DNA of 64,000 nt from positions 1 through 64,000 of IMG/VR virus record IMGVR_UViG_3300011113_000747; one strand, 5' to 3'. Each line of letters begins with the position of its first letter. Positions within the stretch are counted from its first letter, which is position 1. Position numbers and translations under genes: made by a program. This document shows positions 26,606 to 37,678 of the stretch, piece by piece. Origin of the DNA: a virus. The notes below the pieces were generated by a model. It saw only the letters and a list, made by a program, of their open reading frames with translations, did no database searches and was not told the origin of the DNA.

Positions 26606-28138
26606 TTACAAGTAAACAGACTGTGTACCTGGAGTGAACGCAGTACCGAGACCGGTTACAATTACAACGTGGTAATAGAGATTTGCACCAAAGATGTTAT
26701 CGACAACACCATAACGAGTAAGCAAGCCTACGCGTGGAGCGAAGTCGTTTGGACCGATGGTTCTCTGTACCATGATAGGAATGTAAGGGCAATAGATGAT
26801 ACCTGTATCATAGAACTCTGGACCCTTGTAGCCAAGCAATGCATATTCAAGAGCTGTTGAGCGTGTTGAATATCCAGTGTTTGTATAACCTGGGTTTTGA
26901 GCTTCTGTACGTGTATCACGGTAAACTGTGAATCTACCACCAACTGTACCAACCTTAGCAATACCTACACCTTGTGTGTTGACGTTTCCATCAACAGACA
27001 TCCACTGGAATTCAGGGAGCATTTCAAGGATAGCGCACACACGTGGTGTTGCTACGATGAAGTTTGCTGCCCCTCTTCTGTTGCGGACGGCGATACGGTT
27101 TGCTTCGATGATAAGCTTCTGATAGAAGTCACGATTGCGTTCTGCTAACCAGCGACCGTCAGCTGAGGCTGGACTCCAGAAAGAGTAACCTGCTGTAGCG
27201 CCACCGTTAAGAGCTGATTGGATCATTCTCATTACCATTTCACGGTCGATTTCTGCTTGAATTTCATACGACATTGCGTTGGTTAATTCAGCATCGATAT
27301 CGATACCGTTCATGTTTTTGAGATCCTGCTCTAATTCGATGGACCAGCGAGCACCTAATCTACGAGTACCTGCTTCAACGGAGGTTTTCTCGAAACTTAC
27401 TTCAACTGTAGGGATATTGGAGTTGATTTCGAAATTCTTAAGAATTTCTGCAACACCTTGATCAGGAGCGAGGAACTCGAAAGCAGAACCTGTACCAAGA
27501 CCACTAAGGGCCCCAGCAGAAGTACCTGTAAAGCGAGTTTCAAGGAACTGATATCCTAATTCGTTGTTGCCAGCGGAAGGTGTAACTGAATAGCTAACAC
27601 CAATCTGGTTGTGGGCTGCACCGGTAGCTGAAGCTGCAGTAGGTGGAGTACCATTAGTGAAGTAACCATCTGTGAGGTTAGCACCACCAAGGGTCTGTGA
27701 ACCATACTTGTAGCGAAGCGCGAATGCAAGACCAACTGGACCAGACATAGGCTGGACACCAACGATTTCGTTAGAAATAAGCTCTGGGAATGTACGTCTG
27801 ATCATCGGAATAAGGATCTTAGGAAGGCGTGCGTCACCAGTAGCATAGTTGTCACCATTTGGTACTGCACCACCGTAATTGTTCAGGTTAACTGAACCGT
27901 TACTGAATGCAGAACCGGTACCACCAGCTTGGTTAGCTTCACGGAAGCAGAACTGTTCTTGGTTCTCAAGAAGTACTGCAGTCGCATAGCGCTTATAAGA
28001 ATCCTCGATTGGAGCAACTGTATCTGACGAATAGTCAAGTACAGGAGCCCACTTTTCAAGAAGAGCGTCAGCTCTTGATTGATCGATGAAGGACTGTGGA
28101 GCGTTGATTTTCATACGTTTTATCATTTTGGACCTCAT
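26606..28138 (-). CDS. gp23: Major capsid protein (T4 gp23-like)
   Basis: LLEKWAPVL, IVGVQPMSGPVGLAFALR, RRLGARWSIELEQDL, YCPYIP, GLLTRYG. Confidence 0.97.
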   Translation of the reverse strand: MRSKMIKRMKINAPQSFIDQSRADALLEKWAPVLDYSSDTVAPIEDSYKRYATAVLLENQEQFCFREANQAGGTGSAFSNGSVNLNNYGGAVPNGDNYATGDARLPKILIPMIRRTFPELISNEIVGVQPMSGPVGLAFALRYKYGSQTLGGANLTDGYFTNGTPPTAASATGAAHNQIGVSYSVTPSAGNNELGYQFLETRFTGTSAGALSGLGTGSAFEFLAPDQGVAEILKNFEINSNIPTVEVSFEKTSVEAGTRRLGARWSIELEQDLKNMNGIDIDAELTNAMSYEIQAEIDREMVMRMIQSALNGGATAGYSFWSPASADGRWLAERNRDFYQKLIIEANRIAVRNRRGAANFIVATPRVCAILEMLPEFQWMSVDGNVNTQGVGIAKVGTVGGRFTVYRDTRTEAQNPGYTNTGYSTRSTALEYALLGYKGPEFYDTGIIYCPYIPIMVQRTIGPNDFAPRVGLLTRYGVVDNIFGANLYYHVVIVTGLGTAFTPGTQSVYL

Positions 28139-28188
28139 GGGATTGGATACCCAAGCAACTCAAGTCATACGATTGACTTCATTAAACC

Positions 28189-29034
28189 TTACTTCTTACC
28201 AAGTTGACCGAGATAAGAAGAAATTAGTGGATTATGGCTTTGACCTTTGTTGCTTTCTGTAACAACTTTAGGTGCATCACTCTTAACAGTGCGATTATTG
28301 AATGCTTGTTCCTTAATGGTTTCAAGCTGTTCAGCTTCTCTCTTGTCATAGAGTTTTGATACATAATCAAAATTCTCTTGCACAAACTTAAGATCTTTAT
28401 CAGAAAGAATCTTTTTGATGTATTCTTTCTTAGATACTGTCATTTTAGCGACATTAGACTCAATGAATAAATTCTTATTCATGTCATCAATTTTCTTCTT
28501 AAGTTGAGCGTTTTCTGTTGCAAGCTTATTTGCTTGTTGGGTAGCTTCATCAATTTGTTGCTTACCCTCAACAACTGCATCTTTGATAGACTCTTTCATA
28601 AGAGCTGAATCAACTGCAAGTGTCTTTCTTAAACCTTCAAGAATTGCAACTGCTTGCTTATTCTTAGTAGCTTCTTCGATTGCTTCTGCTGGAATAGCTT
28701 CGTCAATATAAGCTTCAAGGTATGTGGAAATATTATCTACAATCTGTGATTTGAATGTAGAAGCGGACTCATTTAATTCTGTTTCGTATTTCTTTACGAT
28801 ATTAATGAGCTTTGCGGAATTGTTTTTGTCAATAGCTTCAACGACCTTAGTAAGCTTTTCAGAGTGGTCTTTGTTGATAGCTTCAAGAAGTGACTTTAAT
28901 TTTGAAGCGTAAAGTTCATCTTGCTTAGCAAGAGCTGATTCAACATGAAGATTAAGCTTTTGTGTAAATGCATTTTCAATTGCATTAACTGACTCTTCTG
29001 ATAAGATGTTCTGTGGGATTAGGTCCTTAAGCAT
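28189..29034 (-). CDS. gp22: Prohead core scaffold protein (gp22-like)
   Basis: Coiled-coil ORF between gp21 and gp23. Confidence 0.85.
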   Translation of the reverse strand: MLKDLIPQNILSEESVNAIENAFTQKLNLHVESALAKQDELYASKLKSLLEAINKDHSEKLTKVVEAIDKNNSAKLINIVKKYETELNESASTFKSQIVDNISTYLEAYIDEAIPAEAIEEATKNKQAVAILEGLRKTLAVDSALMKESIKDAVVEGKQQIDEATQQANKLATENAQLKKKIDDMNKNLFIESNVAKMTVSKKEYIKKILSDKDLKFVQENFDYVSKLYDKREAEQLETIKEQAFNNRTVKSDAPKVVTESNKGQSHNPLISSYLGQLGKK

Positions 29035-29039
29035 AAATT

Positions 29040-29330
29040 TTAAAAAAGTGTTGGCTTGATAGCTTGAGAAATTCTCTCCATGATCTTATTCTCAATTACC
29101 TGCTTCAAATATTTATTAGCTTCAGCATAATTTTCTTCACTGACGCACTTAATAAAGTTTGCAATTAACACATTTTCTTTGACAACCTTTTTATTTTTAC
29201 CTTCTTTTTTACTTTTACCCTTTGTTGCACCAGTAATAACATCAGCACGGGTAACCTTATCATAAGGTGGAGCTAACTTAGCAAGTTTTTTAGCTTTTGT
29301 TTTTTTAGAAGTCTTTTTAGCCTTTGCCAT
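29040..29330 (-). CDS. Small prohead core protein (gp67/68 position)
   Basis: Synteny; basic N-terminus. Confidence 0.5.
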   Translation of the reverse strand: MAKAKKTSKKTKAKKLAKLAPPYDKVTRADVITGATKGKSKKEGKNKKVVKENVLIANFIKCVSEENYAEANKYLKQVIENKIMERISQAIKPTLF

Positions 29331-29338
29331 ATAGTTAT

Positions 29339-30001
29339 TTATAGTCTAGAGATAAATTTTAGGATTTGTTCTGTAAGAAATTTATCCATATCCTTTTTAG
29401 GTAATGTACTAATACCTTTTTGAAATGATTCATAAGCTTCTTCAAACTTACCATCAGCTGCAAGAACAAATTGTTTTGATTCAAGAATACCATTAACGAA
29501 AGCTTTTGGGCATGATGGATCTGCAACACAGTCAACAGCAATAAGTCTCATATTACGTACTGTATTAAATTTTGAACTCTCTTCTAATGTACCTAATGCA
29601 CGAGAAGACATACCAACTTTTACACCATCATTGATAAGTGATTTAACAATCAACCCACATGGTGTAGATAACACCTTTGATTTACCAACGTAAATATTAC
29701 CCTCGCAATGCATTTCAGTTACAAGGTGGCAAGCTCTTTCGAGATCAACATCAGCTGATGTTGGGTGGTTAAGTTCACCCATTGCGCGCTGTGTTTTAAT
29801 CATCTCTTCGTTGTAACGTCTTACTTCACGTTCAAGTTCTTCTTTTGGATATCTACGGTTATTCTTATTGACATCTTCTGCCATCATATAAGGTCCTTTG
29901 ATAAACAAAGACGACGGAGCGTTTCTATTTTGTTCTTCGTAAATGTACTCGAACTCTTCTTTAATTGGTTTTTCTACTAATAGATTTAGACGCATTGCCA
30001 T
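29339..30001 (-). CDS. gp21: Prohead protease (gp21-like)
   Basis: NKNNRRYP, GELNHP, GMSSRALG, DCVADPS. Confidence 0.95.
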   Translation of the reverse strand: MAMRLNLLVEKPIKEEFEYIYEEQNRNAPSSLFIKGPYMMAEDVNKNNRRYPKEELEREVRRYNEEMIKTQRAMGELNHPTSADVDLERACHLVTEMHCEGNIYVGKSKVLSTPCGLIVKSLINDGVKVGMSSRALGTLEESSKFNTVRNMRLIAVDCVADPSCPKAFVNGILESKQFVLAADGKFEEAYESFQKGISTLPKKDMDKFLTEQILKFISRL

Positions 30002-30005
30002 ATAT

Positions 30006-30455
30006 TTATTTATTTACTGTTAGATGTTTTTCTGTGATTATTATAAACTCTAAGCCTTTTTTATTGCACCACTCACGAGCAGCTTGCCATTTAGCTTGAT
30101 TTGTTACGTACATTGTTTGTTCGTAAATTAGATTTGACTTTTTACGGTACTTTGTTTTAGGTGGTTGTAATTGACCTGAAGGTTTTATCTCTACTAGATA
30201 TCTTTTTACCTTATCACCTTCTTTTATTTGAACAAAATTATCTACAAAATAGCGATGCATTTTACCATCTAATGGGTTGAAATAAGGTATAATAACGTTT
30301 TCAGATCCCCATTTAATTACATTCTCGTTTACATCGCAGAATTTCATAAATCGTAATTCTAACGACGAACGATAAAAAGCTTTACTACCAATAAACTTAT
30401 CTTTGTTTTTTGGTATAAAAATACCTTGAGTAAACTTTGGATTTTTTTTAAGCAT
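30006..30455 (-). CDS. gp4: Head completion nuclease (gp4-like, TnsA fold)
   Basis: YRSSLE, KWGSE, HRYFVD, EIKP, NQAKWQAA. Confidence 0.92.
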   Translation of the reverse strand: MLKKNPKFTQGIFIPKNKDKFIGSKAFYRSSLELRFMKFCDVNENVIKWGSENVIIPYFNPLDGKMHRYFVDNFVQIKEGDKVKRYLVEIKPSGQLQPPKTKYRKKSNLIYEQTMYVTNQAKWQAAREWCNKKGLEFIIITEKHLTVNK

Positions 30456-31600
30456 TATCCAACAAAGAACATTACAGGGTCATTATCACCAAATCCAGGT
30501 GAAGCACCTTCATAAAGTTGTTTTTCAAGTTCAGCTTTTTCGGTTCTACCTTCTTCCAATAAATCATAATTGAGAGAACCACCACCAAGAAGAGCTACTT
30601 GACCAAATTTACCACGTACTCTACCTACTGAAATTTTTGTTAGAGCAAGAGCGTATTGGTAAATCCAAGGTTCCATAATAATATCTCGAATTGCCTTTTC
30701 AATGTAGCAAGTCACAGCCCCATAAAACTGCGACGTATCACGTGGTTGGGGATATATTTTGAGCATCTGTGTTCTATCATTGAATTCATAAGAGCGTCTG
30801 ATAGCTAACATTTTTTCACGCATATCAATCCACTCTTTTAAAGTATACCATGAAACAAGATCAAAGCCGTAATTACCCAATGCATATGAATAATATGTTT
30901 GTTGAGCAAGAGTTTGTTCTAGAGTAAACAATGTATTAATACCAGTTGTACTACCTTCTTCAAAATTAGCAACTGCTATAACTTTTCTATAATCTAAAAT
31001 ATCATAATCATATACAGAGTTAATTGTCGTACCTGTAACAGGTGATTGTGATACTGTTGGTGTTGGTACGTATGACGATTTAAATGAGCTAGATAACCCT
31101 GAATTAAAAGTTATAATTTCATTATATGTTGGTACACTTATAAGTTCATATGTATTGATACCATTCGTAAACACACTAAGCGATGTCGACGAAGTAAATA
31201 TAGAACTGGCTATAGCAGATGTACAAACATATGCCGTATTTGAAATGTTATAATAATATGACGAGCTTGGGTTAGAGATTAAATGCTCATTTTGTTGTGT
31301 CTGTGTTAATCCTGTTTTAGCTAAAGTGTAGAGTTTATCTAAAGGTATACCAACGTCATGTATATACAATCTCGAATCAAAAACAAGATATTCTTTTGTA
31401 TATCCAGCATACTTGGTAAACATCTCAATAGCTATAGAAATATTTTCATAAAGCTGATCTTTATGTACCTCTACAGTTACTAGTGGGTAACCTAACGCTC
31501 TTAAAATTCTATCACCTAACCTATCAAATGTTGTAATCTTTGAATTAAGATTTGTAGATTGGAAAGCTGAAATTGGGGTAATGGAACAAGGTAAGCTCAT
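30455..31600 (-). CDS. gp13: Neck protein (gp13-like)
   Basis: ILRALGYPLVTVE; WIYQYALALTK...GRVRGKF. Confidence 0.85.
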   Translation of the reverse strand: MSLPCSITPISAFQSTNLNSKITTFDRLGDRILRALGYPLVTVEVHKDQLYENISIAIEMFTKYAGYTKEYLVFDSRLYIHDVGIPLDKLYTLAKTGLTQTQQNEHLISNPSSSYYYNISNTAYVCTSAIASSIFTSSTSLSVFTNGINTYELISVPTYNEIITFNSGLSSSFKSSYVPTPTVSQSPVTGTTINSVYDYDILDYRKVIAVANFEEGSTTGINTLFTLEQTLAQQTYYSYALGNYGFDLVSWYTLKEWIDMREKMLAIRRSYEFNDRTQMLKIYPQPRDTSQFYGAVTCYIEKAIRDIIMEPWIYQYALALTKISVGRVRGKFGQVALLGGGSLNYDLLEEGRTEKAELEKQLYEGASPGFGDNDPVMFFVG

Positions 31601-31609
31601 TTATTTTAT

Positions 31610-33385
31610 TTAAGCTGTTGGAGCTTCACCTGCTGGAGGTGCTTCTGGAGGTGTTGCTTCACCCTCTACTGGTGGTGTTTCACCACCAATTTCAGCTGGA
31701 CCTCCACCAAATGCTGGAGGGGCTCCACCACCTCCTCCTCCACCACCGAGAGGTGCAGCTCCACCCTCTGTAGGGGATCCCCCAGCTTCAATAGCTTCTT
31801 TCCAGTTAGGACCACCATTTTGAATTTGTTGAATCTCCCACTGAAACTCTGCATCTTTTCTAAGATACTCTCTGTTAGCAAGGATTTGTAGATCAGTCCA
31901 GTTAAGATATCTTTTCTGAGCGTAAGTCTTAGAAATAAACTCACTCTGAGTGATATTATTATATGTGGTTGTTTTCAACTCCATCTTCTGATTTTCACGC
32001 AAATCATAGAAGTTAGTTGGTGCGTTAAATTCTACAGAAAGATTAGTTTCTTTAAGTTCGTATTCATCCCAAATCTTTTTTAATTTAAGATGTGTAACGA
32101 AAGTCTTTTTAATTGCTGAAGAAAATCTCTGTTGCATTCTTATAATAAAACGAGCAAACTTAAGTTCTTCTCTTAAAATTTCATTACCATCTCTAAATGC
32201 ATCTTGTGGGTCAAGTCTTGAAGTTGGTACTTTAAGTGAGCGATAAAGTTTTTTAATAAAGTACATCAAATCTGATAGTTCACCAAGATTAGCACCACCA
32301 GGTAATTGTGTTACTTTAGTACCTTCAGACCCTTGTCTTTTAGCAAACCAGAATGCATCAAGCATCGATTGTGGTGTAAATTTTTGCACCATATCATTTT
32401 GATCCACATCAATTGTTTTTGTAGACCAGTAATTTTGAATAAGCTTACGAAGGTATGCTTCTGCTTTAGGTGGTGGCATGTTACCAACATCAACGTCAAA
32501 TACAAGACGTTCAGGTGCTCTTACCATTCTATAAATGACAATAGCGTCTTCAATAAGTGAGAGCTGTCTATAAGCTCTTCTAGCATTTTCTAGAATTGGT
32601 AAAACAAATGTTTTATTTTCATCATATATACCAGAGCTAATATATACAATCTGATTTTCATCCATTGGGATGTAATCATATTTTTCTACTTTCTGTGGTT
32701 GTTTCGGATCAAGAATAGGCTTTTTATAGATATAGCCTTTAATCATTAAATTTTGTAAGTTATTATATACAGGGTCGCAAAGCTCAGCTGGTATATTAAC
32801 AAAACCTAAAATACCTTGATCTGAATAATCCTTATGGATAATATTTTCAAAGTACACTTCACCTTCAATAAGAAACTGTCTGATATATGACCAACCTCTA
32901 TTTTCTAAGTCAAAATATTCTACAATTTTACTAAACTCTTTCTTAAGAGTTTGTTGTTGTTCATCTGTAAGTTTTTTATCTCTAAACTCCAAATGTACAA
33001 TATCACCATTTTCATCTTTATTAATAAATTCATCGCAAATTTCATCCAATGCATCAGCTACATCTGAATATGCTGCCATAATACGATAATCACGTAATCT
33101 ACCCGACTTATCTGAATTGACATTAGAATATAAAACAGATTGTAGTGTTTTATCTTGATTGAAAAGACCACCACCAGGTTCATTTAACCTACCAATTGCA
33201 ATGGAATTATTAGCTAAAGCTTCTGCACGCTTTGGTCCATTCTTTGCGAAAAGTTCATATTTAGGATTTTTTTCCTGAATATTATCTACTTCTTTATATG
33301 AATAAGGCAACCTTTGCGCAATATAGGTCATTAGACCTCTGCCGAATGTTGATGATTTACCTGTATTGTTTTCTTGCATCGCCAT
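31610..33385 (-). CDS. gp20: Portal protein (gp20-like)
   Basis: LIEDAIVIYRMVRAPER, DVGNMP, FWFAKRQGSEGT, LPGG, REELKF. Confidence 0.96.
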   Translation of the reverse strand: MAMQENNTGKSSTFGRGLMTYIAQRLPYSYKEVDNIQEKNPKYELFAKNGPKRAEALANNSIAIGRLNEPGGGLFNQDKTLQSVLYSNVNSDKSGRLRDYRIMAAYSDVADALDEICDEFINKDENGDIVHLEFRDKKLTDEQQQTLKKEFSKIVEYFDLENRGWSYIRQFLIEGEVYFENIIHKDYSDQGILGFVNIPAELCDPVYNNLQNLMIKGYIYKKPILDPKQPQKVEKYDYIPMDENQIVYISSGIYDENKTFVLPILENARRAYRQLSLIEDAIVIYRMVRAPERLVFDVDVGNMPPPKAEAYLRKLIQNYWSTKTIDVDQNDMVQKFTPQSMLDAFWFAKRQGSEGTKVTQLPGGANLGELSDLMYFIKKLYRSLKVPTSRLDPQDAFRDGNEILREELKFARFIIRMQQRFSSAIKKTFVTHLKLKKIWDEYELKETNLSVEFNAPTNFYDLRENQKMELKTTTYNNITQSEFISKTYAQKRYLNWTDLQILANREYLRKDAEFQWEIQQIQNGGPNWKEAIEAGGSPTEGGAAPLGGGGGGGGAPPAFGGGPAEIGGETPPVEGEATPPEAPPAGEAPTA

Positions 33386-33405
33386 ATTTATTTTATTTAT
33401 TTAAC

Positions 33406-34539
33406 TCAAATAAGCGTAAAAACAATATTTTTGGACTTAAATGATGAATCCCAACCAACTTCATTTGCAACAACTATGGTGAAATTACCAGTCTGTTGTG
33501 TATAAGGTAAAGTAAAATATAGTAAGTTATCGTTTACTATAGTGTAATCATCTAGAAGGAACCCACTTACTGTACCTTGCTTAATTGTAGAAATTGATGT
33601 AATGTTTGGATATAAACTAGTATTATTAGATGAAAGCATCAAATATAATACATCGCTTTCTTTATACCATTCACCCCCCACTGAAAATGTTAAGTTCGAT
33701 AACTGATTACGTACCGTTGTATTTTCGGTTATTTCTGCTTGAGCTTTTGTACTGAAGGATGTTCTAGCATATATACTTTTCACAGAAGGTATACCAGATA
33801 TAGAGAATGATTCTGTTACACCTGACAAGTTCATACCCGAAAGCGTAAAGTATGAATTATATGTTAGAGGTGGTCCTGACTTTGCTGTGAGATTGTAGAA
33901 GTTTGTATCTACAACAAAAATGTTTGATGTTTCTTCAAACTTTTTAAATAACCAACCTTTAATTGTAAAGGTGGTATCAGCTACAATATTGTATTTGTCT
34001 GAAGAAGTTAAGTCTATAGGTGATGTAAGACTCACACTACCATCCCATAATACTTCTGATCTTATTTCACCATAATAATTTAACCCAGCTGACTCTGGAA
34101 CTTTCCATGATAGTATAATATATGGGTTATTATATGGTACAAAATTTGATAGAATCTGATCAATATCAGTCTGAAATTTTGCAATTATAGATAGTGAAAC
34201 TGTTAAATTAACTGGCGTTGGGGTTGGTATTTTACTATACGTTCCGGTGTTTCTATTGTACACCTTTTGCATATAAAATCCATCTAGTTTATTAAACACA
34301 CGTTCATTATCACGTGCTACGCTAGTTAAATTAACAGCAACAACTGGTAAAGTTATGTTTTGTTGTTCGTTTATAATATCATAAAGAACACGCTGCTTTG
34401 GAGCTAATACATATCTTACTTCAATATTTGACTTTGGTACCCTATTGTTATCATACCTCTTAATAATACAGTCATTAAACGCAGCTAAAAACTGCGTAAG
34501 TAAATCCTTTATTTCAAAATGGTATGTATAATTCTTCAC
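33406..34539 (-). CDS. gp15: Tail terminator/sheath stabiliser (gp15-like)
   Basis: YHFEIKDLL..F, VRYVLAPKQR, DQILSNFVPY, FTIKGWLF. Confidence 0.8.
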   Translation of the reverse strand: MKNYTYHFEIKDLLTQFLAAFNDCIIKRYDNNRVPKSNIEVRYVLAPKQRVLYDIINEQQNITLPVVAVNLTSVARDNERVFNKLDGFYMQKVYNRNTGTYSKIPTPTPVNLTVSLSIIAKFQTDIDQILSNFVPYNNPYIILSWKVPESAGLNYYGEIRSEVLWDGSVSLTSPIDLTSSDKYNIVADTTFTIKGWLFKKFEETSNIFVVDTNFYNLTAKSGPPLTYNSYFTLSGMNLSGVTESFSISGIPSVKSIYARTSFSTKAQAEITENTTVRNQLSNLTFSVGGEWYKESDVLYLMLSSNNTSLYPNITSISTIKQGTVSGFLLDDYTIVNDNLLYFTLPYTQQTGNFTIVVANEVGWDSSFKSKNIVFTLI

Positions 34540-34550
34540 CTTAATATTTA

Positions 34551-36185
34551 TCAGACAAATCGGTCGATAAAATATTTAGGTAAGATATCAGTATTATTTT
34601 TCAATACATTGAGCACTGTAGCATCTAAGATATATGTCACGCAATGATCGTCTTTTGATCTAATTCCACGACCACAAGCTTGAATAAGAGAGCATAACAT
34701 TTTATTTTCATACCACTTTTTATCTGCATCAAATAGAATTTTAATTCTCTGATCTGTGAGTGGTAGGTAAGGAGCTTTTACAATGATTTGAAATCTTGCA
34801 AGATCATCTTTTAAGTCAACACCATGAGTAAGTGAAGGTGATACAAGTACTGTCGGCTCATCGGTTTCATAATGAAGTTTGAGAATTTCATCATTCATTA
34901 CACCTTGCTCACGATACAAAAATCGTTTTTCACCACATTTCGGTTTGATTGCATTCGTGATAGCTAACGTATGGGTGTGAATGATACCTTTATCATTTTT
35001 ATGCATTTCACAAATACTCTGCACCATATCAACAATAATAGGTAGAGTTGACTTCATCGAATACGCATTCAATCTATGCTTTGCATTTACATAAATTGGA
35101 GCCTTTTTACTATCAAAAGGTGATGCAATATCGATAAACTTAAACTTCTCAATACCTAAAGTTTTTGCAAAGTTCTTTTCATCAATAATGGTTGCAGACA
35201 TCAAAACAATCTTTTTACCGTAATCAAAAAGATATTTTGTAAGCCTATCAATTTTGAGAGGTGTAAATGTGATGGTATTGCCATTTTTCTTTTCAATGAG
35301 ATACTCACAATCATTCCACGATTCAATAAGCAATTGCAGTTTGCTGTTAAGGTTTTTCAACCCAATCATCTTCTTTTTCTCGTTTTCGAGATAATTAGTT
35401 AACTTGTCATTACCTTTGATAGTCAATTCAATTGCCTTGACTTTCTCTTGAATTGACAATGCAAGAGCTTCTACACCACGATATGCCTTTGCATAATCAC
35501 CAGTTGGAATACTGCTAGAGTAAAAATTAATATCACACTCATCTAGAAAGTCAGTATCGATATTACATGTAAACTCTTTTACAAATTCATCCTCAAGTTC
35601 CGATGCCTCATCACAAATAATGTATTCGCGATGTTTAACATGATCAGGCAATGAGAAAAACATCTTGTAGTTCAAAGTTGCAAATGGACCAACAATTGCT
35701 TCGTTTCTATCTCTATAATAGGTACAGAAGTTTTTTCTCCAACATTCATCTCTTAGTTTCTTAATATGAACACATGGAGCTGTTTCAACAGAATAATTTT
35801 TATCTACTTCACAAAGGTAGTTATTTTTACCTTTTAGTACTTTCACATCATCAAAGAACTGCTTATACTGATCTTGAAGACCCTTTGTTACAGTTAATGC
35901 AAAACAGCCAAATGGTTGCTTCTCAGTTTCATTAACACAATCATATTCATATTCTCCATCTTGCTTATATGCAAGATATGATGTAATAAGATCTCTAAAT
36001 TCTTTAGAGCATTGATTTGAAGCATTAGCTACAGTTTTAGAGATAAAAGATTTACCAGTACCAGTAGGTGCTCTTACTATTACAAATTTATGACCTTCTA
36101 AAAAGGCTTGCTCAATATTATTGAGTACAATTTGTTGAGACTCGTTAGGCTTATATCCAGATGGAAAACAATTAATTAATTTCAC
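34551..36185 (-). CDS. DinG/Rad3-like SF2 helicase
   Basis: APTGTGKS, DEAS, MSAT, QACGRGIRSKDD. Confidence 0.88.
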   Translation of the reverse strand: MKLINCFPSGYKPNESQQIVLNNIEQAFLEGHKFVIVRAPTGTGKSFISKTVANASNQCSKEFRDLITSYLAYKQDGEYEYDCVNETEKQPFGCFALTVTKGLQDQYKQFFDDVKVLKGKNNYLCEVDKNYSVETAPCVHIKKLRDECWRKNFCTYYRDRNEAIVGPFATLNYKMFFSLPDHVKHREYIICDEASELEDEFVKEFTCNIDTDFLDECDINFYSSSIPTGDYAKAYRGVEALALSIQEKVKAIELTIKGNDKLTNYLENEKKKMIGLKNLNSKLQLLIESWNDCEYLIEKKNGNTITFTPLKIDRLTKYLFDYGKKIVLMSATIIDEKNFAKTLGIEKFKFIDIASPFDSKKAPIYVNAKHRLNAYSMKSTLPIIVDMVQSICEMHKNDKGIIHTHTLAITNAIKPKCGEKRFLYREQGVMNDEILKLHYETDEPTVLVSPSLTHGVDLKDDLARFQIIVKAPYLPLTDQRIKILFDADKKWYENKMLCSLIQACGRGIRSKDDHCVTYILDATVLNVLKNNTDILPKYFIDRFV

Positions 36186-36207
36186 ATCTTTATTATAGCT
36201 TATACCT

Positions 36208-36549
36208 TCATTCAGTCAACATATATAAAAAGTTATCATACATTTTATTAGATGTCTTTTTATCTGTTGTTTTGAGTTTATAATAAAGCTCTGAACTATT
36301 ACTATTACAAAAACTACTCAAAGTATATTCAAATACTAGAGAGTTATTTGTTTCGTGAATTTTGTAAGGATAAGGCACTTCAAAAACTTTAATTTCATTA
36401 TCAATATCAAGATTAAACTTAATAAAGAATTGCTTAATTGTAAAAATTTTTAACTTGCCTTTTTTGATTACCTTATTATTAAGTTTGAAAGTAACAGGCT
36501 TAAGTAAGAAGTTGTTTATTTTTTTCTCTATTGAATCTTTGTTTCTCAT
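36208..36549 (-). CDS. Hypothetical protein
   Basis: Coupled ORF. Confidence 0.65.
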   Translation of the reverse strand: MRNKDSIEKKINNFLLKPVTFKLNNKVIKKGKLKIFTIKQFFIKFNLDIDNEIKVFEVPYPYKIHETNNSLVFEYTLSSFCNSNSSELYYKLKTTDKKTSNKMYDNFLYMLTE

Positions 36550-36917
36550 GACATCATAAAGTTAATTTTTTGTTGTGTGGTCATTAAACGTAGACTATTA
36601 TTGAAATATTTCCAGAACTCATCATTGCCTGGAATTCTATTTAACACCGTTACTGTTTCAGCAGGGATGTTTCTAAAGTCTTGCATTAAAACATCCCACA
36701 CAATAACTAATCCTTCTGATTCAGGATTAAACTTTGGAGCTTGTACTGGAGCTCTATAACCTAACGAAATTAAACCGTTATTTGAGTTTAAAATATTATT
36801 GCTTTTAGTGCATATCATTCGCCTTGTTAGTGGTTTATTTTTTACAGGTAACCGTCTAACAAAGCGAATATCTAGCACATTTTCAGCTAATAATGAATTT
36901 AACTCAGTCGTTGTCAT
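36546..36917 (-). CDS. WYL/SH3-like (DUF2693-type) protein
   Basis: F....TRRMICT...VWDV..QDFRNI pattern. Confidence 0.55.
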   Translation of the reverse strand: MTTTELNSLLAENVLDIRFVRRLPVKNKPLTRRMICTKSNNILNSNNGLISLGYRAPVQAPKFNPESEGLVIVWDVLMQDFRNIPAETVTVLNRIPGNDEFWKYFNNSLRLMTTQQKINFMMS

Positions 36918-37317
36918 TTGTTTCTAAAGGTTTGCAGATGCCAAAAATGCGCTGTTCATTTAAAAACATTCCCTTTTTGAGCAAACCATAACCATCAACT
37001 TCAATATTTGCAACTGTAATTCCTTTATCATTTGGAAAGATTACAATGTCACCCTTTTTAGTGAACTTGACATTTGGTCCAACTAGAATTACTTCAGCTT
37101 TTCGCCATGCAGCTCTTACTGCATTTGCTTTGATAAATAGTGATCCACGTTTAATTAAATCACCATCATCGGCATCCATGTCAATATATTTGACAAGAAT
37201 AATATCATCAAAAATGAAGGTGAGCTTGTGGTCTTGTAAACCAAAGTCACCTTCACTATGTGAACTTAAATCAATTACGCTTTTTTGTGTTGGTAAAATA
37301 TCAATATCTGCAGGCAT
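36904..37317 (-). CDS. GroES-like co-chaperonin
   Basis: AEVILVGPNVKFTKKGDIVIF pattern. Confidence 0.65.
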   Translation of the reverse strand: MPADIDILPTQKSVIDLSSHSEGDFGLQDHKLTFIFDDIILVKYIDMDADDGDLIKRGSLFIKANAVRAAWRKAEVILVGPNVKFTKKGDIVIFPNDKGITVANIEVDGYGLLKKGMFLNEQRIFGICKPLETNDND

Positions 37318-37333
37318 ACAGATAATTAATAAA

Positions 37334-37678
37334 TTATTTCAACATATCAACGTACAAATCTAATTCTCTTTTTGATAAAAATTCCCGTTTAACGGGTTGT
37401 ACATCATCTGCTTCTTTTTTTGTTTTTTTAATGTACGATATTTTTTTAAATCTTAATTTTGGTAAAAAGTTAAAATAAAATTCATACAACGCAGTTTTAT
37501 CTTCAAATGGTAAAACACGATTCAAAAAATTATTAACAAAGACAGCAAGATCATTGTTATACATAGAGGTCCATCTATTTATCATAAATGGACCTCCGAA
37601 TGCGTTTTCATCCTCTAAATTCAAATCAATTTTCTTCTTTGAATAAAGGATGCTATTGAGAATATCAAATATTGTCAT
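37334..37678 (-). CDS. gp62: Clamp loader small subunit (gp62-like)
   Basis: PFMINRW.S, YEFYFNFLPK...YIKK. Confidence 0.75.
   Translation of the reverse strand: MTIFDILNSILYSKKKIDLNLEDENAFGGPFMINRWTSMYNNDLAVFVNNFLNRVLPFEDKTALYEFYFNFLPKLRFKKISYIKKTKKEADDVQPVKREFLSKRELDLYVDMLK

Noticed and set aside
26669-27461. Antisense ORFs within gp23 and other core genes
   Set aside because: Typical shadow ORFs of strongly biased coding sequence with no independent signals
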